From Gammaproteobacteria bacterium (GTDB taxonomy: Bacteria > Pseudomonadota > Gammaproteobacteria > SZUA-140): a stretch of 64,000 nt of DNA. The notes beneath the pieces were generated by a model that saw only the letters and a program-made list of their open reading frames with translations, had not been told where the DNA came from and ran no database searches. The stretch lies in NCBI GenBank assembly GCA_016716465.1, contig JADJWH010000001.1, forward strand, positions 365,414 to 429,413, written 5' to 3'. Positions 28,904 to 38,704 of the stretch are shown piece after piece; position 1 is the first letter of the stretch; each line of letters opens with the position of its first letter. The translations under genes were made by a program, and so were the position numbers.

Positions 28904-29635
28904 ATGGCGGAACCGACTGATCCCCGCCGGCCCGTCACACGCCCCGGCACATTCTCCCGCTTTTTGACAGGGCTAGCCCAGTGCCTTAAATGGCTGTTTC
29001 TCTCCCTGATATTTTCCGTTCTGATTGAATTGATCGGTATGGTGTTCTGGTGGGAGGAGCAGGGGCTGGATCACAGCCGACAGATGCTGGTGAACGAGTT
29101 GCAGTTCCTCGGCGCAGACTTTCACCGCAGCTGGTTAACGGCTCATCCCATGCAATTCGCCAGTGATTTGTCGGACCGGTTTTACCATATCGCCTTTGAG
29201 TGGACCGGTATTGTCGATCTTATCCAGTGGATTACGCCGGCCCCGGGCCTTGAAGAGTCCGGCGTGCGCCCGGTGCTGCACCGGTTTTACCGGCCGGTTG
29301 CTGACTATGTCCTGGCCGGTATGCAAATCACGCAGGTTTTTGCGGTACGTCTCGCCATCCTGACGCTGGCGACGCCGGTATTTGGACTGTTCACCCTGGT
29401 GGCACTGGTTGATGGTCTGGTGCGGCGGGACCTGCGGCGTTGGGGCGGCGGCAGGGAAAGCTCTTTCGTCTATCACTACGCCAAGAAAGCCGCCATACCG
29501 CTGATCATCATGGCCTGGGTGCTGTACCTGGCGCTACCGTTCAGTTTGCACCCGTCCTGGATCATCTTGCCGTTCGCTCTGGCCTTTGCCTTTGCTGTGA
29601 CCATCACGGCCAGTACCTTCAAAAAGTATCTCTGA
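28904..29635 (+). CDS. ICE integral membrane protein (TIGR03747-like)
   Basis: Multiple TM helices. Follows traD. Confidence 0.5.
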   Translation: MAEPTDPRRPVTRPGTFSRFLTGLAQCLKWLFLSLIFSVLIELIGMVFWWEEQGLDHSRQMLVNELQFLGADFHRSWLTAHPMQFASDLSDRFYHIAFEWTGIVDLIQWITPAPGLEESGVRPVLHRFYRPVADYVLAGMQITQVFAVRLAILTLATPVFGLFTLVALVDGLVRRDLRRWGGGRESSFVYHYAKKAAIPLIIMAWVLYLALPFSLHPSWIILPFALAFAFAVTITASTFKKYL

Positions 29636-29719
29636 TACAGTTGACTGTATCATTACAGTTTGCTAGGCTGTATTTAGGCACTGTAAAAATACAGTTTAAG
29701 TGCTGTTAAGGAGGTAAAC

Positions 29720-30121
29720 ATGATCGCTCAAGCCGAACAACTGCTGCAACGTGGTTCCAGTGTCACCAGTTCACTGCTGCCGGCGATTTTCGCTATTTTC
29801 AGCCAGTGGCGCCTGACCGGCGCCCAGCAGATGACCCTGTTGGGGCTCAGCAACGAGAAGACGCTCTATAACTGGAAGAGCCAGCCGGAAAAGGCCAAGT
29901 TAACCAGGGACCTGCTGGAACGGGCCAGCTATATCCTGGGGATCTACAAATCCCTGCAAATCCTGTTGCCCGATCAGGCGCTTGCCGATCAGTGGCTGGC
30001 TACCCCCAACGACAACCCGTTGTTCAACGGCACGGCCCCGCTGGACCGGTTGCTGGCCGGACAGGTGGTCGATCTGGCCGTGGTCAGGAATTTCCTTGAT
30101 GCGGAGCGGGGTGGCTGGTGA
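29720..30121 (+). CDS. Xre-like antitoxin with DUF2384 (ParS/MbcA-type) domain
   Basis: 133 aa. Its 3' end overlaps the start of the RES gene (GTGA). C-terminal ...LDRLLAGQVVDLAVVRNFLDAERGG typical of DUF2384. Confidence 0.7.
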   Translation: MIAQAEQLLQRGSSVTSSLLPAIFAIFSQWRLTGAQQMTLLGLSNEKTLYNWKSQPEKAKLTRDLLERASYILGIYKSLQILLPDQALADQWLATPNDNPLFNGTAPLDRLLAGQVVDLAVVRNFLDAERGGW

Positions 30122-30810
30122 TCGATATCGATACGCTACCGGGTAGCGAGACAAATGAACCGGTTTATCGGGTCATTCTGTCACGCTATCCGCAGATCCA
30201 CCTGTTCGAGCGGGTCTCCAATCCACAGGATTGGGACGTGCTCTATGCCGTGGAGTCTCTGACCAACCCCAGGTTACGTGATGAGGTGGGTGATATTCGT
30301 CTGGTGCCACCGGAAGATCGGGTGTATGGCGATGGCGCGTCCTGGATAATGGCTGCCTTCACTCACCCGCCGGTGGATGGACGAGGTGGCCGCTTCAATC
30401 GGGATTTCGGTATCTATTATTGCGCCGCGGATGAGACGGTCGCCATCGCCGAATCATCCTTCCATCGGGCACGATTCTTACGTGAATCAAGAATCGACAA
30501 GACCACCCAGGAGATGCGCGTTATCCGCGCGCAGCTGGGGCCGACAACCCTTCACGATGTACGGCACCTGGTCGGAAACGCTATCTACGATCCCGACGAT
30601 TACGGCGAAGCACAGACACTTGGCTATACGCTTCGGGCTGCCAATAGCTTCGGCATTCACTACCAAAGCGTGAGAGCGAAAGGGGAGTGCTACGGGGTGA
30701 TGCGGCCCAAGGCGCTCACCGATGCCATCCACTGGCGCTATCTGCGTTACCACTATGAACAGGGGTCAGTTGTGAATGTTGAATCCCTAGACGGCAGTGG
30801 CAGGAGGTGA
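30118..30810 (+). CDS. RES-domain toxin (ParT/MbcT-like NAD+-targeting)
   Basis: R...E...S signature in GRFNRDFGIYYCAADETVAIAESSFH, plus downstream H/Y residues. Confidence 0.75.
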   Translation: MIDIDTLPGSETNEPVYRVILSRYPQIHLFERVSNPQDWDVLYAVESLTNPRLRDEVGDIRLVPPEDRVYGDGASWIMAAFTHPPVDGRGGRFNRDFGIYYCAADETVAIAESSFHRARFLRESRIDKTTQEMRVIRAQLGPTTLHDVRHLVGNAIYDPDDYGEAQTLGYTLRAANSFGIHYQSVRAKGECYGVMRPKALTDAIHWRYLRYHYEQGSVVNVESLDGSGRR

Positions 30811-31406
30811 TGGCAATGTATAAAGAGCTGCTGTGGATCTTCACCCAACTACCGGACGATTACATCGTCCTAGATACCGAAACCACCGGCCTACCTGACG
30901 AAAACGGACTGCCGGACATCGTGACTCTTGGCATCACCGTGGTGAGCAATCGAGAGATTGCGGAATCCGTCGAGTTCAAGACAAGACCACAAAAACGCAT
31001 TTCAGAAGAAGCGCAGTCGATACACGGCATTACCAACAAACAGGCTGCCGGATTTGAATCCTTCGATTCACAGTGGCAGCAGATTGCTGAATACCTGAAG
31101 GATCAGCTCATAGTCATTCACAATGCCAGTTTTGACTGGCCGATCCTGTTGGATCACGTGGCCAGGTATGGTTTAACAATGCCACCATTACAAGGTGTAT
31201 TTTGCAGCCAGAAAGCAGCTATTCCTTGGGCACAGGCGACCGATTTGCCGTGCAGTTACAGAGGTCCATCGTTAGACACATTAACAAAAGCACTTGGAGT
31301 CGAAGATCTCAGGGTCAAAGAAGATGGGTTACATGGGGCGAAGATTGATAGCCGGCAGTTGGCTCAGATTGTAGAGGTGATGAGTCAAATTGAAAATATG
31401 GAATAG
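30810..31406 (+). CDS. DnaQ-like DEDDh 3'-5' exonuclease
   Basis: Exo I YIVLDTETTG, Exo II IVIHNASFDWPIL, Exo III LHGAKID. Its start overlaps the RES stop. GC ~48%. Confidence 0.85.
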   Translation: MAMYKELLWIFTQLPDDYIVLDTETTGLPDENGLPDIVTLGITVVSNREIAESVEFKTRPQKRISEEAQSIHGITNKQAAGFESFDSQWQQIAEYLKDQLIVIHNASFDWPILLDHVARYGLTMPPLQGVFCSQKAAIPWAQATDLPCSYRGPSLDTLTKALGVEDLRVKEDGLHGAKIDSRQLAQIVEVMSQIENME

Positions 31407-31572
31407 GTCTTAGCCGTGAATCACAGGGGTTAGAAATGTGCATGTAGGTCCGGCTAGAAATGCGGTCTCTCGATTTTCCAACTTAGGATGACCACGATGA
31501 AGAGAACACAGGAATCAACCCAATCATGGTAAGCAGCGGAAGCGGACAACTAGCGAAGGTTTCAAGATAAAG

Positions 31573-34500
31573 ATGCCACAATCACCTGAACTCGCCGGCG
31601 GCGAAGGTTTCACCTTTGAGGGCGATGCGGCTGCATTCTATCTCACCGCGCTGCTAACCGAGGCTTATGCACCCGGCATCGATGATCGAACCGTTGTTCG
31701 AGTTTCGGTCCAGCAACGCGATTTCGGTGAACCACTGGATGATGTGATCGTCGATTTTGAAGATTCCTCAAAGAACCCCGCCCGACTTAGCCTCCAGGTA
31801 AAGCGCTCGCTCACGATCAGCAGTGCAAAAACGAACAAAGACTTTCGCGAAATCATCCGCGACAGTTGGGCAACTCTCAACAAGTCAGACTTCCGCTTAA
31901 ACGTCGACCGCTACGGGGCCGCAGTTGGTACGGTCACCCCTGCCAAAGAACGAGCATTAAAGACCGTTTGCGATTGGGCCCGCGAAAGCCTGACGGCTGG
32001 CCATTTCCACGCTCGCTTTGCGACGGGCGGCTGCGCCAGCGCTGACATCACAATGGTTAAGGACGACGTCGTTACTCTACTGGAAGCATCGAAGGGGGCA
32101 CCATGCACGAGTGAAGAAGAGTATCAGTTCCTTGCTCACCTCGTGCTCATACAATTCGACTTCCTCCGCGAAGGCGCCACTGATCCCTCTGATGCCATTA
32201 ATCGTATTCAGGGTTGCCTCGCGCCCGAAGACGCAGCCAAGGCGCCGCTTGTCTGGTCTAGAACAGTTCAGCTGGCCCGTTCATCAGCTGGCAAATCAGG
32301 TCGGTTTGATCGCATACGTCTTGTTCGCTTGATCTCACCTGTCGCACGACTCCGCGGCGCGACCTCACTACGCTACGACCTCGATAAGTTAACGGAGCTA
32401 GCGAATAGCTACGCGAACCTCATTCCGGACGATATTGGGGGAACAAGACTCGACCGTATCTCGCTCCTTGAGAGCATGGACGCAAAACTCACCACCGCCC
32501 GTGCCGTCCAGGTCCGCGGACTTCCGGGAAGTGGCAAATCGGTCCTGGTGAGGCGAGCGGTGCAGCGTGCGCTAGAACACGGGCCGATTCTCTTCCTCAA
32601 AGCCGAACAGCTCGAAGGGACCAGCTGGATCAGCTATGCGACCTCGCAGGGTTTATCGGGTGCTCACCTAGAGCAACTTCTCGTAGAGATCGGGGCTGCC
32701 GGTACTCCCGTACTCTTTATCGATGCGATCGACCGCATCGACAAAGAACACCAGCCCATTATCGTCGATGTGATCCATGCCATTTTGGAATCACCACTAC
32801 TTGATAACTGGCGCGTCGTCGTTTCCCTTCGCGATACCGGCATTGAGATGCTTCGCAATTGGTTGGGCGAATTCCTCGATGCCCTGAAGGTAGAAACGCT
32901 AAGCGTTGGTCAGTTGAGTGACGATGAGGCCGAGTCGCTTGTAAAAGCCAAGCCACACCTGAGATCGCTTCTGTTCGGATCCGCTCAAGTGCAAGAAATA
33001 GTCCGACGGCCTTTTTTCGCGAAAGTGCTGAACCAGAGCTACATGGCCGACCCCAGCGCTTCGACATTCGTCCCCCAATCTGAAGTCGATTTGATTGAGA
33101 ATTGGTGGCGGCGGGGCGGCTACAATGAAACGGGTCAAAACGCACTTGAACGCCAGCGCGGACTACTCGACTTGGCAAGTGTTCGTGCCCGCCAGCTTAG
33201 CCAACCGATTGCCCTTGGCCAGTTAACTTCAGTCGCACACATCGATGACCTAAGATCAGACGGCATACTCCAAAATGCCCGTGAAGGGGTTTCCGTCAGC
33301 TTCGCCCACGATATCTTTTTCGAATGGGCCTTCTTTCATGTCCTAGCCGATCGCGGACTACACTGGATGGAGATTATCAAGGCCTGCGGCGAGCCACCGG
33401 CAGTCGCGCGCGTCGTCGAACTCACCTCTCAATGGGAGTATACGCAGGGAACAAACTGGCCGGCGTACCTTGCCCAAACGGAGAATTCGGAACTTAGATC
33501 GCAATGGCTGCGAGCGTGGCTGGTTGGTCCCCTCGGAACTGCGAGATTCGAAGTTGATGAAGACCAATTCGCGACGGCTGTCTTTGCCAACGACTTCAGA
33601 CTTTTCAGGAAGACGCTTGTCTGGTTTCAGGCTGAGAAGACCACCCCGAATGAGAATATCCTTACCGGCGGTCTCCCACGGGAACAACGCCAACGGTTCG
33701 CTGATCTTCTCGGATGGCCGTCCGACTTCTCCGCGTGGCGTCGCCTCATCAATTTTATACTGCGGCGCATTGCAGACATTCCGCAGCGGCTTTATCCAGA
33801 GATCGTCTCCATTTTCGAGGTCTGGCAGAATGCCTTGGCCGACCTTCGCAATCCGACGTCTCATGCACTTCTGCAACAATGCGCTGTCTGGCTCGCCGCC
33901 ATAGACGCGATCAGTGCCGCCGATAGACCTGATGAGAACTCTGCTTATTGGGCGGAGGTTCCCGAATTGGGTGCTCTCAGAAAATCGTTGGGCCAGCTCC
34001 TCTTAAGATCATCGAGAGCCGAGCCGTCTCTTGCAGCCGACTATTTGCGACGGGTCACCAGCTCGGAGCGCATCCGAGACGATGCATTCCATGACATCAT
34101 CGCCTACTCACCCATCCTTGCCCCATCGCTGCCCCAGTCAGTGGTCGAGCTTTCACTAGCGTTCCTGCTAGGGGAGCTTCCGGATGAGCAAGTTGCCCGA
34201 GAAAAACAGGAACTTCATGACACGTCTGAGTGGCGCAAAGCAGTTTTAGCAAAGCCGGAAGCCGAACGGACGCGTAAAGAAAAAATGGCGCTTTCGGGCG
34301 GACTATATCTGCGAACCGTCGGCGATTTCAGCTACCACGACTGGGAAAGGCTTTCGATCCACGACGACCACCGAAGCTTCTGGCCCCCTTCGCCACTTCG
34401 AGAGCCATTTCATTCGCTTTTCCAATCATCTCCCGACCATGCACTGCGGCTCCTTCGAGAACTCTGCAATCATTCGATGACCGCATGGCGACAGCTGCAT

Positions 34501-36957
34501 CATCACTCGCGCGACCGTGGAGGTACCCCTATACCGCTCGAACTCACCTTTCCCTGGGGTACCCAAATTTTCTGGGGTACCGATCGAGAGTATCTTTGGT
34601 TTCGGTCGACGTGGGCACCTAAATCTATCGGCAGCGCATTCATGGCGCTCGAGGAGTGGTGCCTCACCCAGCTTGAGCACAGCCGGACTGTTGACGAGCT
34701 GATCAAGCAAATCGTAGAGGGGAACGAGTGCATCGCCATCCTAGGCATGGCATCAATGCTCGCGCTGCACACCGAGCGGGTGTCTGAAACAACATTGCCT
34801 CTGTTCACCTCGCAGCGCCTGTTGGCCGCGGACCATAATCGAATGGTGCAAGACCTTTCGTCAGCGTCGAACCTGATCGGTTTCACGAGTAGTGCTGACA
34901 AACCCCACATTGAAGCAATCCAGACGGCAAATGCTAGGACTGCCCGTAAGACACAGCTTAGTTGGATGGTACCCAGGTTTGTCTTTGCGACGGAGCCCCT
35001 CCGCGATCGAGCACGCGAAGCGATCCTCAATTTCAAGAACGATCTCCCCTTCCAGTACGAAGAACACCGCGACATTCTGGAGGCGCGGGAACACCTCACA
35101 AAGCAGGCACTCGAATATGCCGAGTTGGCAGAGCCGAAAAACTATCAGGCCTACCGCACCGAAGAGGGTTCGGACCAAGTAGCGATTGTCCACGTCAGCC
35201 CATCTGCCGCTCAGCCTGAAAATATCGCCAGGGCCGAAGAGGCTACTAAGTACCTGGGGCTTACCGGCCTTTGGACGTGGGCATCCAAATCATTCGACGA
35301 GAAGACACTGAACGACACCTATACGATCGAGGATGCCATCGTATTGTCCAAGGAAGCGGACACTAGCGACTTATTCGAAAACCCGAACAGCGAGTATGAA
35401 GAGGAACAGATCGGAATGCGGCGGGGTGCAGTCGCCGCCACAGCGGCCATAGCGCTTAACTTCCGAGAAGGGTGTATACACGAAGACCTTGAGTGGGCTC
35501 GTGATGTCCTAGAACGCGCGATCCGTCTGCCAGAAAAGTTCGATCTGATGTGGTCCCCCGGATCTGTCGTCCCGTGGCACCAGGGAATCTATGCGGCCCG
35601 AGGCCTCGCAGCGGATCTCCGGGAAGATACAGCGGCTCGCAGTACGGCTAATGACCTCCTCACGCTGATCGCGCATCCACTTGAAATTGTTGCGTTGACC
35701 GCTTTCGAAGAGGCCTGCAAGCTCTGGCCTAAGGACTCCAAGTTGACTTGGGCCGCGCTGATCTTGGCGTTTTCACTCTGCCGCGTTCCCTCGCGGCCGC
35801 GTGATCAGCCCCGTCAGCACAGTGAAGCACTCCATACATCAACTGAAGCACAAGCCGCTGTCAACGCGGCGCTTGCGTTCTATGAACATGGAAGCGAATG
35901 GGCGCCTCTCCCGTTACCGCCTCCAGCCTGGATGAAGGTCGAACCCGGGAAGGGCCGGCGTGGGCATCAAAGATACGAAGACTACGACGTGGATGATGCA
36001 ACCGACGCTGCTGAGGTATGGGGTGAACCGGATATCTTCTGGCACTCAAAGCAGGCTGCAGAAGTCCTTCAGCGCATCCCTTTCGACGAGGTTCTTAACA
36101 GCAGCGCAAAGAGCGTGCTTCTCGACTTCCTTGCCAGTGTTCTCGACTGGACCAATCAGAAGAATGCGCCACCGTGGGTAAAGCCCGGACGCCGTGATCG
36201 GTCAGCGACACAAATCTTTGAGTGGACGCATACGCTCGGATCAAGGCTGGGGCACGTGGCTGGCCTTATCCCGCTTGCCGACTTTCAGTCCCGCTTCCTT
36301 GACCCGATTTTAGACCTCGAAGGCGACAATTGCTGGGCTCTCCTCTCGCCATTCACGAGCACCTATGTCTGCGCTTACGTGTACGATGCTCCGGTCGTTC
36401 CAGTCGACACAGTTGCGATACTCGATCTCTGTCTCGGACGGCTCCTCCAGGACCCTACCTTCAAGCGCGACACCTACCGGAGCGGAGAATTTTCAGGCTT
36501 CGATCAACCCGAGCTTATTCGCACGTTGATGTTCGTCTCAGTCGAACGCGCGGATTTGGCCGCTCGCTACGTGAATGGCGACTGGTCCGAAATCAACCGC
36601 ATACTGCCCTTGATTGATCGTTTCATTCGCGCTGGCGGATGGGCTGCTTCAGTGGTGGACCCGTTCTTGACGCTATGTGAACGAGCTAGAGCCAGCTACC
36701 CGGCCGAAGCTTTCGCAGAACAAGTGCTCGCAATTATCGGCGACGGTCCCGACAGCCTTAAAGGCTGGCATGGAACATTCATCCCAGCACGTATTGCAGA
36801 GCTGGTGCAACACTTTGCTCATCGCGACGCGCCGATGACGCTGACGGTGGCACAGAAGTTCCTGCGAATCCTCGACATGCTAGTCGACATGGGAGATCGG
36901 CGGAGTGCGGCGCTTCAGCTTGGCGAGGCGTTCCGTGAGATTCGTGTGCCCGCTTAG
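31573..36957 (+). CDS. 1794-aa STAND-type P-loop NTPase with a ~310-aa N-terminal domain and ~1350-aa helical C-terminus (Avs-like architecture)
   Basis: Walker A VRGLPGSGKSVLV, Walker B VLFIDAIDRID about 60 aa later, VVVSLRDTG, LSVGQLSDDEAESLV, RRPFFAKVL (GxP-like). N-terminus has DDVIVD...LQVKRS, a possible PD-(D/E)xK. Confidence 0.7.
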   Translation: MPQSPELAGGEGFTFEGDAAAFYLTALLTEAYAPGIDDRTVVRVSVQQRDFGEPLDDVIVDFEDSSKNPARLSLQVKRSLTISSAKTNKDFREIIRDSWATLNKSDFRLNVDRYGAAVGTVTPAKERALKTVCDWARESLTAGHFHARFATGGCASADITMVKDDVVTLLEASKGAPCTSEEEYQFLAHLVLIQFDFLREGATDPSDAINRIQGCLAPEDAAKAPLVWSRTVQLARSSAGKSGRFDRIRLVRLISPVARLRGATSLRYDLDKLTELANSYANLIPDDIGGTRLDRISLLESMDAKLTTARAVQVRGLPGSGKSVLVRRAVQRALEHGPILFLKAEQLEGTSWISYATSQGLSGAHLEQLLVEIGAAGTPVLFIDAIDRIDKEHQPIIVDVIHAILESPLLDNWRVVVSLRDTGIEMLRNWLGEFLDALKVETLSVGQLSDDEAESLVKAKPHLRSLLFGSAQVQEIVRRPFFAKVLNQSYMADPSASTFVPQSEVDLIENWWRRGGYNETGQNALERQRGLLDLASVRARQLSQPIALGQLTSVAHIDDLRSDGILQNAREGVSVSFAHDIFFEWAFFHVLADRGLHWMEIIKACGEPPAVARVVELTSQWEYTQGTNWPAYLAQTENSELRSQWLRAWLVGPLGTARFEVDEDQFATAVFANDFRLFRKTLVWFQAEKTTPNENILTGGLPREQRQRFADLLGWPSDFSAWRRLINFILRRIADIPQRLYPEIVSIFEVWQNALADLRNPTSHALLQQCAVWLAAIDAISAADRPDENSAYWAEVPELGALRKSLGQLLLRSSRAEPSLAADYLRRVTSSERIRDDAFHDIIAYSPILAPSLPQSVVELSLAFLLGELPDEQVAREKQELHDTSEWRKAVLAKPEAERTRKEKMALSGGLYLRTVGDFSYHDWERLSIHDDHRSFWPPSPLREPFHSLFQSSPDHALRLLRELCNHSMTAWRQLHHHSRDRGGTPIPLELTFPWGTQIFWGTDREYLWFRSTWAPKSIGSAFMALEEWCLTQLEHSRTVDELIKQIVEGNECIAILGMASMLALHTERVSETTLPLFTSQRLLAADHNRMVQDLSSASNLIGFTSSADKPHIEAIQTANARTARKTQLSWMVPRFVFATEPLRDRAREAILNFKNDLPFQYEEHRDILEAREHLTKQALEYAELAEPKNYQAYRTEEGSDQVAIVHVSPSAAQPENIARAEEATKYLGLTGLWTWASKSFDEKTLNDTYTIEDAIVLSKEADTSDLFENPNSEYEEEQIGMRRGAVAATAAIALNFREGCIHEDLEWARDVLERAIRLPEKFDLMWSPGSVVPWHQGIYAARGLAADLREDTAARSTANDLLTLIAHPLEIVALTAFEEACKLWPKDSKLTWAALILAFSLCRVPSRPRDQPRQHSEALHTSTEAQAAVNAALAFYEHGSEWAPLPLPPPAWMKVEPGKGRRGHQRYEDYDVDDATDAAEVWGEPDIFWHSKQAAEVLQRIPFDEVLNSSAKSVLLDFLASVLDWTNQKNAPPWVKPGRRDRSATQIFEWTHTLGSRLGHVAGLIPLADFQSRFLDPILDLEGDNCWALLSPFTSTYVCAYVYDAPVVPVDTVAILDLCLGRLLQDPTFKRDTYRSGEFSGFDQPELIRTLMFVSVERADLAARYVNGDWSEINRILPLIDRFIRAGGWAASVVDPFLTLCERARASYPAEAFAEQVLAIIGDGPDSLKGWHGTFIPARIAELVQHFAHRDAPMTLTVAQKFLRILDMLVDMGDRRSAALQLGEAFREIRVPA

Positions 36958-37264
36958 CGCGATGAGCATGCTTAGTTGGCTTTGTCTGATTGGACCTGGT
37001 TCTGACAAACGTGGCTGTGAGAGTGATCAGTATGTTGAGCGGCAAACTGTAACGGATCGACGATGTTGATAGCGTTCGGAATAACGTTCGTCGGTTTCTA
37101 ATCCCGCCTTTTCGTATGTGAATATCGAATGTCCACTTTTGAACGTGTGACAGACTTTGTGTGACGACTAGAAAACCACCCCACCCACCGAATAGATTTT
37201 CCATCGTCCACCGCCACTAATTCTCGCACTATGCCCCGTAACAACTTACGGGAGCAGCAGTGCC

Positions 37265-37567
37265 ATGAAACGCCAATTCTGGCCATCTACCTTTCTGATT
37301 CTAGGCTTGTGCGTCGCGCCGGCGGCGTTCGCTGATGCAGACGCCGAGCGTGAGGCGCTGGCGAAAATCATCCATGAGCTCAATGCCCTCGAGACGCTAA
37401 TCAATCGCGCTGAGGTCAATGCTGATCGGGATTCCCGTATCCGATTTCGTTATGACTGGCTGCGTCAGGATCTGAAGCAGATCAAGGACGGCATCCAGTC
37501 ACACATCGATTCTCCCCGCGCGCAGCCTCGCTCATTTCCGCCGTTGCGCGGCGATTACCGTCGATAG
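37265..37567 (+). CDS. RAQPRD-family ICE protein
   Basis: Signal peptide plus SPRAQPRSFPPLRGDY. Confidence 0.8.
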   Translation: MKRQFWPSTFLILGLCVAPAAFADADAEREALAKIIHELNALETLINRAEVNADRDSRIRFRYDWLRQDLKQIKDGIQSHIDSPRAQPRSFPPLRGDYRR

Positions 37568-37576
37568 GTCTGGAGC

Positions 37577-37807
37577 GTGACCGCCGCGCAACAAACTGCA
37601 TTCCAGGCCGGTTCCGGTATTACGCCAGCCACCATGCTGACGGCTATCGCGTCGATGATTCTGGTGTTGGCGTTTGTCTGGGTTATCTGGGTGGCGTTAG
37701 GAGTTTTTCGGGCCTGGCAGGAAGGGCAGGCCACGGTCTTCGATCTGACCTGGAGCACTCTGCGAGCAAGCATTGTTTTGATGGTTTTGGGTTTCTATTT
37801 GCGGTGA
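37577..37807 (+). CDS. small ICE membrane protein (TIGR03758-like)
   Basis: Two TM helices. GTG start. Confidence 0.45.
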   Translation: MTAAQQTAFQAGSGITPATMLTAIASMILVLAFVWVIWVALGVFRAWQEGQATVFDLTWSTLRASIVLMVLGFYLR

Positions 37808-37907
37808 GTCAATCGAGAAAGTCCGGTAAGGGCAAACGGCGATGCATCGCAGTGGGATGCGGGGATAGGCCCCCTTTTTATCAGCGTTACAGAAGAGGAC
37901 ATTTGTT

Positions 37908-38285
37908 ATGGGTACATCAAATACAAAAAACGGCACCAACAAAAAATCGGCTGCCAATCGCAAATCGCTATTGGCGGCGGCCGCGGTGCTTTTCCCACTG
38001 CCGCTCTGGGCGGCGTTGCCGACGCCGGTCGCGCCGAGCACCGCTCCGCCGGCCGGTGACTGGATAGGCCTGATTCAGGGCTATATCAAAGATGGCGGTT
38101 TGGTACTCGGACTGGCCATTGCGGTTCTGGGATTTCTCTGGATCGCGTACCTGGGCTTCGCGAAATTCAATGAAGCTCGCCAAGGCAAGGCGGAGTGGGC
38201 TGAAGTCGGTGTCCTGGGGATCGTCGGCGCGATTGTGCTGATCTTCGCCAGCTATCTGCTCACAGAAGCGGCTGGCGTTATTTAA
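37908..38285 (+). CDS. T4SS pilin-like membrane protein (TIGR03745-like)
   Basis: Long leader, then hydrophobic segments, 125 aa. Confidence 0.55.
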   Translation: MGTSNTKNGTNKKSAANRKSLLAAAAVLFPLPLWAALPTPVAPSTAPPAGDWIGLIQGYIKDGGLVLGLAIAVLGFLWIAYLGFAKFNEARQGKAEWAEVGVLGIVGAIVLIFASYLLTEAAGVI

Positions 38286-38323
38286 CTTCCGGCGTCAACA
38301 GCAGCTTGCAGTAGGAGACGCGA

Positions 38324-38704
38324 ATGTCCAACGACCATGAAACACTGGCGGATCGGCTCAATGCCGAGCCCGCCATCTTTAAAGGCTGCTCATCCTCTGA
38401 GCTCGGCATGATTGTGGGGTTGGCCATCGTGGTATGGCTGCCCCTCAGTCTCTTGCTGGCCTGGTTGCTGGGCGCAATCACTATGGGCTTTGGTATCGCC
38501 GGTGTCGGTGTGGTGGCCACAGTCGTGGTTATGGCGACGTTGTTTCAGCGTATCAAACGTGGGCGGCCTGAAGGCTATTACCAACAATGGCTACGTATTC
38601 GTCTGCAAACGATAGGGCTGTATCGCACGCCCTGGGTTTTACGTAGCGGGTCCTGGGACATTGGGAGAACGCACTATGCGCCGCTACCGACTCGAAATCG
38701 ATAA
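38324..38704 (+). CDS. ICE membrane protein (TIGR03750-like)
   Basis: TM helices. Synteny. Confidence 0.45.
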   Translation: MSNDHETLADRLNAEPAIFKGCSSSELGMIVGLAIVVWLPLSLLLAWLLGAITMGFGIAGVGVVATVVVMATLFQRIKRGRPEGYYQQWLRIRLQTIGLYRTPWVLRSGSWDIGRTHYAPLPTRNR

